From: Stramenopiles sp. TOSAG23-6
Lineage: Eukaryota
Direction: 5' to 3'
DNA: 51,668 nucleotides
Assembly: GCA_900128565.1 (NCBI GenBank)
Contig: LT635921.1
Span: 1-51,668 of the forward strand
Under the pieces are notes generated by a model, which was not told where the DNA came from, searched no databases, and worked only from the letters and a program-made list of their open reading frames with translations. The translations under genes were made by a program, and so were the position numbers. Shown here piece after piece: positions 42,596-51,668 of this stretch. The first letter of the stretch is position 1. Each line of letters begins with the position of its first letter.

Positions 42596-42940
42596 TTTGA
42601 ATAAAACCATAGATCCAAAGTTACTAAACGCACCTTGCGGCGCACGTTTTCACAATGGAGCTGTAGGAGGAAGTATTCATTACCATACAAGGAAAACAAC
42701 GCCGCAGCCACAGCGCAGCCACAGCGCAGCCAAGCAAAGCGACGAAACACAACACGTGCTTGACTCGAACTGACTCCATCAGATTCTTTTTTTGCTATTA
42801 TATTCTCCATTATTATCTTAAAAATAATTATTAATTTGGTACCCCAATACAATGTTCCTTTTGAAACAATACCATTATATATTTCAACTCTAAATACTCA
42901 TGTGCCCGAAGATTCACCATATTGATAGAATAGGTAGATA

Positions 42941-44131
42941 ATGACACAAAAAAATCTTCAGGATGGGAGTAATTGTACAATGACTCTGGAGATTATTACA
43001 CGTAAAGTGACACGTCTTATGAGACGCGGTGCCAGGCTTCCCGATATCATTGACGCTGCCAGACTTGCTTCACAAGATGATTTACATCGATTTGATATTA
43101 CTGCACAAAGAGTAGTGTGCAATGCAATGATGGATTCATTTATAAGAAAATACCCTTCGCAGAATACGGAAAAACTGTTGCGACAGATCGCTTCAACAAT
43201 TGAACTCGAGGATCAGTTGTTAAGTGATGACTTCGCAACTATCTTTTTGGAATCACTAAAAAAAATTTCGTCGTTAAAAAAAAACTGGGATGTAAGGCAG
43301 TTTTCTTACAGTTTGAAAACTGATACCGAGGATAATTATAACAAAGTAAATATTCATAGTACTAGTGATATTTTATCAGGCTCAACTGGAAATCATCCTT
43401 GGAGTTGTGGATTTTTGTTGGGTGAAATTGCACTAAACCACCGAAATATATTTCAGGGCAAACGAATATTAGAATTAGGCGCAGGTGTTGGCGTGTCGAC
43501 AATATGCATGGCACGACAGTCACCTGCTGCATTGTATGCAACTGATGGTAATAAAAAGACTTTAGATAATTTAATGAAAAATCTTTCTCTGAATGGTCTT
43601 TGTATAGAAACTATGAACAGTGAAGAAATTATTGATTTGAATATAGAAACGATGAACAGTGAAGAAATTATTGATTTGAATATAGAAACGATGAACAATG
43701 AAGAAATTATTGATTTGAATAAAGATACTGCTGCAGTTGGAGCATGTAAAGTAAATAATGTACCAAATGTAAAATGTGGAATATTAGATTGGGGTACTGC
43801 AAATGTGAATATTTTAAAAGCTATCAAACCAGACATCATTATTGGTTCAGATTTAGTATATAGTCCTGAAAATATCACTCCTTTAATTGACGTTCTACTT
43901 ATACTATTAGAGTTTTCAACAACTTCAAAACAAAAACCTATGGCATTGCTTGTTCACGCAGTACGCAATCAAGATACATTTAATGCATTTCGTGTGGCTT
44001 GTATTGATAATAATATGATATTAAAAGATGTGACTAAAAAGTTTTTGTCTAATCAACAGACATCCATACAATTTCATCATGATGTAAAGTTTGACGAGGA
44101 ATCGTTCAAGTGTTATCAAATCACTTTGTAG
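42941..44131 (+). CDS. Seven-beta-strand protein methyltransferase, Methyltransf_16 family (FAM86A/EEF2KMT-like)
   Basis: GSTGNHPW, GKRILELGAGVG, ATDG, LDW, DIIIGSDLVY, VRNQDTF. Confidence 0.88.
   Translation: MTQKNLQDGSNCTMTLEIITRKVTRLMRRGARLPDIIDAARLASQDDLHRFDITAQRVVCNAMMDSFIRKYPSQNTEKLLRQIASTIELEDQLLSDDFATIFLESLKKISSLKKNWDVRQFSYSLKTDTEDNYNKVNIHSTSDILSGSTGNHPWSCGFLLGEIALNHRNIFQGKRILELGAGVGVSTICMARQSPAALYATDGNKKTLDNLMKNLSLNGLCIETMNSEEIIDLNIETMNSEEIIDLNIETMNNEEIIDLNKDTAAVGACKVNNVPNVKCGILDWGTANVNILKAIKPDIIIGSDLVYSPENITPLIDVLLILLEFSTTSKQKPMALLVHAVRNQDTFNAFRVACIDNNMILKDVTKKFLSNQQTSIQFHHDVKFDEESFKCYQITL
43604..43720 (+). repeat. 39-bp coding tandem repeat x3 (IETMN[S/N]EEIIDLN)
   Basis: Three near-identical 39-bp units. 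Confidence 0.95.
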
Positions 44132-44295
44132 AAGACAAATTAATATAAATATTATTAAAACGAAGATTAATACAATTTTATAATATATTTGATAATAATA
44201 CAAAAACTTCTAGAAAATTTCTGTAAATACAAATACATAAAACGAAATGCTAATACTTTTGCATATCATTTATACAGCATATATAATTTTTTTTC

Positions 44296-47200
44296 TTATG
44301 AGCTACTACGTGAACTATTTGAGCTACCAGTGCTGAGCCTATCTCTCTTAGCCCGACTTCTCCCGAAATTGCGTAGATTACTATTACCTTGGCCTGTACG
44401 TTCGGCTCGACTTGCGGCCCCACGAAGTGTACCCATTACGCTCATGCGTCTATTTGCTTCTTTTGCTTCAAGTTCATCTTGGATTTTCTTCAATCGTTCT
44501 CGCTCGGCTTTCTGTGCAATTTTTCCTCGGGCAGCTTCAATATGAAAGGTGCCAGCGCCTTTGCGCCCTGGAGTTAATGCAGCAATACACAAAGATGCTC
44601 TTCGACTAGCAGTTCGCTTACTTTTTCTCTTCACTGACTTAGGAGGTTTCATATCCGCAACACCAGAACTCCCCCAATCATTACCGAATAATTTATCTCC
44701 ATTATCCCCATTCCATTCAGCATTTTTCGCAAATCCATTTTCATCATCAAAAGTATCGGCATCTTCTCCCGCTTCCTCATCGACTTCACTATTTCCACAT
44801 ATAGCCATTGGAGTACCAATCATCTCCTTCAAAGTCTTCAAACCCGAAGAAAAAGATGCTTTTTGAGCAGCAGAATTACTCGAAGACCCACGAAGTCCTC
44901 CAAGAGACTGTCGCCTGGAACCAGTTTTCTTTGATTGTCGGCGCCCAGACATCATTGCACGTACGGTACGTGATCCTTTATGTTTTTTATAAGGACTTTC
45001 TTCATGCTCACCAGTATCCTGTGACATAGATCTTTTTTTTGATAATTTCCAAGAACCTCGCTTGCTTGCTTTGAACTCTTTTTCCACTTCTTCGAATTTT
45101 CTCTTAAACGACTTCGCCTGTCCAGCCCAATGAATTTTCTCCTTTTCCAGTTTATCTTTATATCCAGAAAGTTTTTCAATACGTCTTGCTTTACGACGAA
45201 TATCAGCATGCAGTGTAGCACCTTCCTCAGTCTTCTCCGCGAGTTCAGCAGTTATACCATCAAGAACTATTTTAAGTGCACTACTTTTACCAACTAAGCC
45301 ACTCAAACATTGCTCAGCATGTGCAGTACTATCTTGTAAAATACTTGTTTGGTGAGAGATACGATTCTCTATATCTTGTATTTCTACCTCCGAAGCATCG
45401 TCATTTGAACCAGCATTATGAGCTGTAGCAAGAGCAGAGTTTAAGATTCTATCCTGTTGTCTGTACAAATCCTGCAACTTTGCAACAGCTTGTGCCTGTA
45501 ACCTTCTGGCATGGACAACATCATGAGCTCGATCTAGAGAATGCTGTGCACTTGCATTGCTATTTAATCGACCTGCTTTTCGCTCTTCTCTTTTTGTATG
45601 TTGTGCAAGTTTACGCTTCGCAAGTGCCATTGTCTGTTTCTTCGCTTTCTTTAATTGAGATGTTAATTTAGCAATCTGTTTTGCCCTGCGATCCAATTGC
45701 GCGTCTTTATGTTTACCTTTAGATTGTACCTTTTGGAGTTTACGTTGAGTCCCAGATAAAAGTTTCGTCTGTTTTGCTAGCTCCAGAGCTCGGGCTTTAC
45801 GATCAGCTCGGATTTCTTTCTCTCGCTGTGCTTTTCTTCTCTTCATATCAACATTCTTCGATTTTAGTTCACGCAACTCCTCTTCAATTTTGCTACGGGT
45901 ACCGGTAGTTTTCTTCAAACTATTTAATTTTGCAACCTTGGCTCGTAAGTTTGAATTCAACTGATTAATTCGTTTTTGTTTAATTTCCAATTGTTCACGC
46001 AACTTTTGTCGTTTCCCACCATTATTTGCTACATTGTTTGCCTTGGCTTGCAACATTTCCTGTTCTGCCTCTGCCAACTGCGCCTGTAATTCTGCATACT
46101 CCTTTTCATTTGACTCGACTTTCAATGCCAACTCACAATGTTCTTTTTGAAGAGTCTGAAATTCGACGAGGTCATCTCTAATTTTTTGTAAAATACGTTC
46201 CTTACTGGCAATGTTAGCTGCATTTTCATTGATAGCTCCTTCAACAGCTTCAAGCTCTTCAGTTTCCTGTGCATCTTTACGAGCGTTTTTAAGTTCTTGA
46301 TCAAGAAAGTCCATTTCCTCTTGTGCTGCAGATATATCAAGAGCTTGTCGAGCTTGTCTAGCTACCTCAGCAGCCTCCGCTATCCTACTGGTTGATCTAC
46401 TTGCTAGAATCGCAGAATTTTTACTTTGTGCACTCATTGTGCTACAAGTACTTACTGTACTATTACTTCTACCACGACCAAGAAGACTTCGGGATGATGT
46501 TGATTTTCCTATGGCATCGAAGAATGATCTTGATCCTTGCGTAGTTTTCGGTGTGAAGGATGATGAACTGGCTTTGAATGTCATTGTAGAAGTCATTACC
46601 ATACCCTTCTCACGTATATTTTCCAAATCATTTTTAACTCTTTCTTGAAGTAATAATTCAGAAATATCCTCGTCAGAACAACCAAACCCACCCCCAAATT
46701 TCTCTTTTACATATGCACGTGCAAGTGCATCGATATGAAGACGCATGCGATGCATTTTCTCCTCAGCCTCACTTCGGTTAACAACTGCTTTATTTTTGAT
46801 TGCTTTGACTTTATTTGCATATCTGAGAGAACTTAATGTTTCACTGAAATTAGTTTGCGCTGGTGATAAACAGGCCATGAATAGTGTTCTGCTATTACCA
46901 CCTAATGCATCTTTAAGAAGCAACGTAAGTTTGTGATCACGATAAGGAATATGTCCTCTGTTAACTGCTAAAGCATTAATTACAGCACCAAGACAACTTA
47001 GACCCTGGTTAATGGCAATTCCCTCAGCCATACGCGAACCAGTTGCGTTTGTTCGTTTCAATCGTTCAGATCCAGCTAAATCCACAAATGTTAACTTTGC
47101 AGTAAATGCCGACTTTAAAGATGACTCAAGGCCATTAAGGTCTGTTCCTTCGCGTGGGCAAAGATCAAGTTCAACAGCAAAAACTGCGTGGGATCGCGAC

Positions 47201-47928
47201 GATACTGCGTTCATGTCTGTTGAACCTACTTGGCGTTTTTCAAGCCCTTCTACTAACACTTGCATGGCTTCTGCACTTGTTTGCAATGGTGCATGATGCA
47301 AACCATCTACGTTTACTGACCCTTTAGCGTCAATTCGGGGTTCCAAACTTTTTCCACGTGTACCACTAGTGGTTACAGCACAAGGTACATTTTCGAGAAG
47401 ATCACGAATTTTATCTTGATAAATTTCTAAAAGGGAACACTTGAGCGATATTTCGCGGGTTTCTGCTAATTGATCTACTCGCTCAAAAATATTCGATAGG
47501 ATTCGTGGAATAATACCTAAACATGACTGATCTTGGTCTTTGTCAGACCCCATAGTGTATGTCTTACCTGAACCGGTTTGCCCATACGCCATGAGTGTTA
47601 CGTTATACCCGTTGAAGAGATCCACAAGCATAGGTTCTGCAGAAGTTTTGAAAATATCTTCTTGACCTGCAGTTGCCGAAAACACTTGATCAAATGTGAA
47701 TATTTGATCCATTCCCATACGAACTTGCTTTCCATCCGATGATACTGAAACGCAACACTGGTTGCTTTCGTCTGCCTCCTCTTTATTCGACATTGGACGA
47801 ACTCGCACAGCCACCTGGACTTTGTTAGTGACCGGGGACGGGATTGCTGGTTCAATTGGGTTAGTATCACTAACATCGATTTCCATATTTTGCGCAACAG
47901 AGCGACAACCCTCTCCCATTGTTGCCAT
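44296..47928 (-). CDS. Kinesin-4 family motor (KIF4/KIF21/KIF27-like)
   Basis: VAVRVRP, AYGQTGSGKTYTMG, NAVSSRSHA, VDLAGSERLKRTNATGSRMAEGIAINQGL, HIPYRD.KLT.LL.DALGGNSRT; long coiled-coil stalk. Confidence 0.93.
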   Translation of the reverse strand: MATMGEGCRSVAQNMEIDVSDTNPIEPAIPSPVTNKVQVAVRVRPMSNKEEADESNQCCVSVSSDGKQVRMGMDQIFTFDQVFSATAGQEDIFKTSAEPMLVDLFNGYNVTLMAYGQTGSGKTYTMGSDKDQDQSCLGIIPRILSNIFERVDQLAETREISLKCSLLEIYQDKIRDLLENVPCAVTTSGTRGKSLEPRIDAKGSVNVDGLHHAPLQTSAEAMQVLVEGLEKRQVGSTDMNAVSSRSHAVFAVELDLCPREGTDLNGLESSLKSAFTAKLTFVDLAGSERLKRTNATGSRMAEGIAINQGLSCLGAVINALAVNRGHIPYRDHKLTLLLKDALGGNSRTLFMACLSPAQTNFSETLSSLRYANKVKAIKNKAVVNRSEAEEKMHRMRLHIDALARAYVKEKFGGGFGCSDEDISELLLQERVKNDLENIREKGMVMTSTMTFKASSSSFTPKTTQGSRSFFDAIGKSTSSRSLLGRGRSNSTVSTCSTMSAQSKNSAILASRSTSRIAEAAEVARQARQALDISAAQEEMDFLDQELKNARKDAQETEELEAVEGAINENAANIASKERILQKIRDDLVEFQTLQKEHCELALKVESNEKEYAELQAQLAEAEQEMLQAKANNVANNGGKRQKLREQLEIKQKRINQLNSNLRAKVAKLNSLKKTTGTRSKIEEELRELKSKNVDMKRRKAQREKEIRADRKARALELAKQTKLLSGTQRKLQKVQSKGKHKDAQLDRRAKQIAKLTSQLKKAKKQTMALAKRKLAQHTKREERKAGRLNSNASAQHSLDRAHDVVHARRLQAQAVAKLQDLYRQQDRILNSALATAHNAGSNDDASEVEIQDIENRISHQTSILQDSTAHAEQCLSGLVGKSSALKIVLDGITAELAEKTEEGATLHADIRRKARRIEKLSGYKDKLEKEKIHWAGQAKSFKRKFEEVEKEFKASKRGSWKLSKKRSMSQDTGEHEESPYKKHKGSRTVRAMMSGRRQSKKTGSRRQSLGGLRGSSSNSAAQKASFSSGLKTLKEMIGTPMAICGNSEVDEEAGEDADTFDDENGFAKNAEWNGDNGDKLFGNDWGSSGVADMKPPKSVKRKSKRTASRRASLCIAALTPGRKGAGTFHIEAARGKIAQKAERERLKKIQDELEAKEANRRMSVMGTLRGAASRAERTGQGNSNLRNFGRSRAKRDRLSTGSSNSSRSSS

Positions 47929-48020
47929 GATAATTTACCCTAATGGCACTTTCACGAAGGAAATTTCTAACACTTCTTAGTGAAGGAGCGCGTAATTGAG
48001 AGAGAGGGTCAAGTGTTGAA

Positions 48021-48037
48021 TTTGAAAAGCGCGCCAA
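48021..48037. promoter_or_regulatory. Candidate CHR (TTTGAA) + E2F-like (GCGCGCCAA) cell-cycle element upstream of the kinesin
   Basis: tttgaaaagcgcgccaa lies ~95-110 bp upstream of the kinesin ATG. Confidence 0.3.
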
Positions 48038-48357
48038 TAATTATATAAAATTTTTGATTGTTTGAAAATAAATTGGAAATTGAAATTGTGCTGCACAGTT
48101 ACAAAAATAAACAGGAGCGACGAAAAATCAATCTCAAATCATGCTCCTCTTTCGATAATCGATTCGAAGTTTTGCTTTTCGGCAAGAATTTTTATTTGTG
48201 CATCTATTTTGATTAGAATTGCTTCTCAAATTACTACTCAATTTTGTTTGTATTTTTTATAAGTGAGACACAAAAAGATTTATCTTTCTCTTAGAAAATC
48301 AGCCATCAAACAGGAAAGGTTTATAGTAAAAGCAATCTGTCCGGTAATATACTTACC

Positions 48358-48690
48358 ATGCCTTCAGCTTTAGAAAATAAAGAGTGGATGTTTAATACAT
48401 GTGCAAGTGTCAGTTGGATTCTAGCATCGCTCGCATGGCTAGGAGAAACTGGGAGCATGTCCGCATCAAACTTTTTCCAATTCATGGCTGCATTTTTTTG
48501 AAATTTTGAAGATTTTTACACATACCAACAGATGCAGTACACTAAACAGTCAGACGTTGGTCAAAACGGACGGCAGATGAACCCTATTTCATTTCCGAAC
48601 GGACGAATAGAAAGGATGTTAGAAGAAAGAACAAATGCGGATTTTGATGATGTAATAACAGTTGAGGAGCAAGTAGGTGTAGAAACATGA
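48358..48690 (+). CDS. Small putative membrane protein (110 codons) interrupted by an in-frame TGA at 48499-48501
   Basis: MPSALENKEWMFNTCASVSWILASLAWLGETGSMSASNFFQFMAAFF*NFEDFYTYQQ...VGVET*; the same frame stays open for 62 codons after the TGA. Not in the ORF track. Confidence 0.45.
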
Positions 48691-49079
48691 AAGCTTGTTA
48701 AATTAGTTACAACAAATGTTTTCAATCCCGGAACAAATTTCTTTACACATTCTAAATAAATGTGTGCCATTTTTAGTTTGTATGTAGTTTTCGAATTTGT
48801 TCAATACTGTAGTAATATCGAAAATAACAATATAGTAATATCGAATGAATCATTGAATTGATCATTGTCGACAATGTCGAGTGGAATCTCTAAAAAAAAA
48901 GTTTTTTTTAATAAAATATTTTTGATACCCGGTACCCGCTTTGTTGAAGTTCGAGAAACATCAAAACAGAAACAGAAAGATTTTTTGTGAATTTTTTTGT
49001 TCCCCATATTTCGAAATTCTGTTGTAAATTTTCCCAGAATTTCTCTCCACGAATTACCAATCTAATTTAGTATTTTACA

Positions 49080-49516
49080 ATGCTTGCGCGTATCGTTCGT
49101 CAGTCTCGCTTTATTGCTATTCGTGGTTTCAGTAGTGGTAAGTAGATCTTTTTTAATTTCTCTTATATATTTTCCACCTCTTCGTAACTCTTTTACTCAT
49201 TAAACAATACGGTTGAATTATATATTTTTCTATAGGCTTTTCCCCAGTAGAAAGTTTCGTTGGACGCGCATTTGAGTCTGCTGGTTTATCGAGTAATGAT
49301 GCAAAAGATGATATTGAAAAGTTGAAGAATGCAAAAATTTTAAACCACGATCTTCTACTGTCTCTTTCCTCAGAGGATTTCAAAGAAATTGGTGTTAGCC
49401 TTGGTGGTGCAAAGTGTATCACGGCTGCACTTTCTTCTGCAGATCGACCAAATTTACAACGATCACCTAGTCGAGGTGGCCAAGCACTTGATGGCCGTAC
49501 AATGGGATCAATGTAA
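49080..49516 (+). CDS. Small mitochondrial-targeted SAM-like protein; exons 49080-49137 and 49236-49516
   Basis: Presequence MLARIVRQSRFIAIRGFSS; canonical 98-nt intron G|GTAAGT...TTTTCTATAG|GC restores the frame; LLSLSSEDFKEIGVSLG resembles the SAM signature. Confidence 0.8.
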
Positions 49517-49794
49517 ATGCGTTTTCCTTAAGGGATATTGTGAAATAATCAAGCTTGCACGTGGAACGGGGTATCGTGTAATGAAGTGTCATATGAAAGA
49601 ATTTTCAAAATAGTATGGACAGTTGAAGCTCTAGTATATATTTTACGATAGAGTCTTTTTTTTAAAATCATATCATAATATACTTCAATCCTATATATAT
49701 ATATTTTAGAACCAACATTTATTTTCCTTTTAACCTCTTTCAATCAGTTTCAAAAGAAGCGGAACACAACGGTTTCGAAGCCAATAGTAATTCT

Positions 49795-51231
49795 TCAAGT
49801 ACTTAACTTTGTATTAAGTTTATCAACTAGTAAGACGAGATCCTTTGCAACTTCATCCTCTACTTCACCTTTTGTATTTTTCGTTGGATAAGCTCGTGCT
49901 GACCACATTTCCCTCACATCTTTCAATAGAGTATTGTATTTATCACGGATAACACTTCTGCAGTTCATTTCTTTACCGTCCGTCAAAATGTGAAGAACAT
50001 TCAATAATTTTTCAGCTATATCATCTTCAGCATTACTATCTTCGAAAGTATCTAATAAAGACATCATATACTCGCACCACTTTGGTTTTCTAAATTCATC
50101 ACGAAATGCTGGATAGAAAGCGTCAGCAGTATACCCTAAAGAAGCAAGACTCCCAACTAAAGGAACTATTTTCTTCTCAACATCCCTATTTGTTGGATGG
50201 TTAGAAGTGATATTGGACATGAGCTTGGTAAGAAGAACTTCACCATTAAGCTTGGAAAATGCAATTTGTGTATCCTTAGATCCCCGAAGAAGAGATGTTA
50301 AACAATACAATACTTTTGTAATACTTTTGTTCTCAGTAACAACATTTTTTTGTTGATGTATAGGTTTGTTACTTTCAATAAATTTTTCTATAGCTTGAAC
50401 CAATATTGAAAGTATTCCTACATCCACTGCCACCTTTTGCAATTTTTTTTGATCCTTTACAGTAGTTCCAATCACCCAAAAAGCCTTTTCTCTGATTTCG
50501 ACTGACTCAGAACGTAAAAGTTGTTTTGAAACTTGTATTCCACCCATTGACACGAAATCAACAGCGTTATCAATATCAGCAACATAGTATTCCAAATTCA
50601 CCAGAGACTGTATTTTCGATTCTTCGCTTGCTTCTATATCCAATAAAGTTTGTAAAAGTTTGTTCATTGAAGAAAAATTACTCACAGCTTTTTGAGAGTC
50701 AAGTTGAAGCTCCCTCTGTCTCCGAGCCCAAACTTTTTTTACGAGAGCGTCTCGCTCAGCAGCAGGCATATTAGCAAACAAACCAGACACTAATTCTGGA
50801 TCAGGTTCCGGTAAACCTAAAAGTAGTTCTTCAGCTTTTGCAGAATTAAGATTTTTGGAGTGTTTTTCGTCACCGAGATTCAACTCAACTTCAGTTCCTT
50901 CGACATTATCTGAAGAATTTACGACTAGTTTCGCTGGTTCTTTACCTTCCATGAGTTTTGCATATTTCTTTCCAGCAGCAAGGTCCATCCTGTAGTGCAG
51001 ACCTGCCTCGACGTGCTGACCGGGGAGAATTTCCTGCCATTCATGGGTGGGTACAAACTCAGGTTTAGTGGCATCAGTTTCGTCAATCACAATATTATTA
51101 TCAGGTTTCACATCTCGCACCTCTCCAGTGACCATAACTTGAACATCAACGCTTTTGGAAGCAGCACTTGCTACTAGTGGTGAATTCAAAAGGACTAAAA
51201 AACATAAACTCAAAACACAACTCACTTTCAT
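49795..51231 (-). CDS. SIL1: ER Hsp70 (BiP) nucleotide exchange factor SIL1
   Basis: Signal peptide MKVSCVLSLCFLVLL; FVPTHEWQEILPGQHVEAGLHYRMDL..GKKYAKL; LEYYVADIDNAVDF..MGG; ARM-like helices. Upstream ACTAAC...TACAG suggests a 5'UTR intron. Confidence 0.9.
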   Translation of the reverse strand: MKVSCVLSLCFLVLLNSPLVASAASKSVDVQVMVTGEVRDVKPDNNIVIDETDATKPEFVPTHEWQEILPGQHVEAGLHYRMDLAAGKKYAKLMEGKEPAKLVVNSSDNVEGTEVELNLGDEKHSKNLNSAKAEELLLGLPEPDPELVSGLFANMPAAERDALVKKVWARRQRELQLDSQKAVSNFSSMNKLLQTLLDIEASEESKIQSLVNLEYYVADIDNAVDFVSMGGIQVSKQLLRSESVEIREKAFWVIGTTVKDQKKLQKVAVDVGILSILVQAIEKFIESNKPIHQQKNVVTENKSITKVLYCLTSLLRGSKDTQIAFSKLNGEVLLTKLMSNITSNHPTNRDVEKKIVPLVGSLASLGYTADAFYPAFRDEFRKPKWCEYMMSLLDTFEDSNAEDDIAEKLLNVLHILTDGKEMNCRSVIRDKYNTLLKDVREMWSARAYPTKNTKGEVEDEVAKDLVLLVDKLNTKLST

Positions 51232-51351
51232 AGTGCTGTAGTAAAAAACTATGTACAATAATTTACAGGAACTCAAGTTAGTTGGCCAGAAGAAGAGTCT
51301 TTGAAGACGACCAGTAAAGTCCAGTAAAGTTTGACACCAACACAAAAAACG

Positions 51352-51417
51352 NNNNNNNNNNNNNNNNNNNNNNNNNNNNNNNNNNNNNNNNNNNNNNNNN
51401 NNNNNNNNNNNNNNNNN
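51352..51417. other. Assembly gap (run of N)
   Basis: Ns in the sequence. Confidence 1.
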
Positions 51418-51668
51418 TAAACCTTCATTTTTTATTACCTCTCTCTGCTTTTGACACACTCACACATTCAACCGACAGACAGATAGTCTCTAAACTTTTT
51501 GGTATGCTCTAAATTGATTTATTTATCAACGATTGGTGAGGTGCAATTCAATATCAATATAAAATTGACTACTGGGTCATAGTATATAATTAAACTAAGA
51601 AATGACAACTGGACGGCGTCTTCTTCGGTCTATTTTACGTTGTCATCGTAGTTTAACACCCAAACAAC

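Noticed and set aside
42257..42852. Minus-strand ORFs 42257-42496 and 42592-42852 as proteins
   Set aside because: Non-ATG starts, biased composition, and overlap with a polypyrimidine tract and promoter-like DNA.
48349..48360. ATACTTACC resembling the U1 snRNA 5' end
   Set aside because: It continues ATG rather than TG, and no U1 stem-loops or Sm site follow; it is probably start-codon context or a chance donor on the minus strand.
51232..51459. ORF-track extension of SIL1 through the N gap
   Set aside because: An artefact of the Ns; the signal peptide begins at ATG 51231.

Overview
Gene-dense, AT-rich eukaryotic nuclear DNA, probably from a flagellated protist; the lineage cannot be fixed from this window. 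It holds about 22 mostly intron-poor protein genes. These are a 5'-truncated giant IQ/EF-hand coiled-coil protein, a tandem HAD + PHOSPHO1/2 fusion, CDC40/PRP17, a cyclic-nucleotide-gated K+ channel, a DUF3427-like protein, a TPR-SET methyltransferase, mitochondrial uL13, a type II NADH dehydrogenase, an IQ-Tudor protein, peroxisomal enoyl-CoA hydratase 2, a PGP/SHIPPO-repeat protein, a P4-ATPase fused to CDC50, a plant-type deoxynucleoside kinase, DCC1-like, FAM86/EEF2KMT-like, kinesin-4, a small SAM-like protein and SIL1. The most striking signal is a set of ~100-nt introns that start GT but appear to end in ACAT instead of AG. Three identical copies lie in the SHIPPO gene, where silent-site substitutions fix the boundary, and one lies in the HAD gene; they coexist with an ordinary GT-AG intron. 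Other highlights are the single-chain flippase (P4-ATPase-CDC50), strict strand alternation of 17 consecutive genes, a probable non-coding/snoRNA-host locus at 42.0-42.7 kb, and a small ORF with an in-frame TGA.
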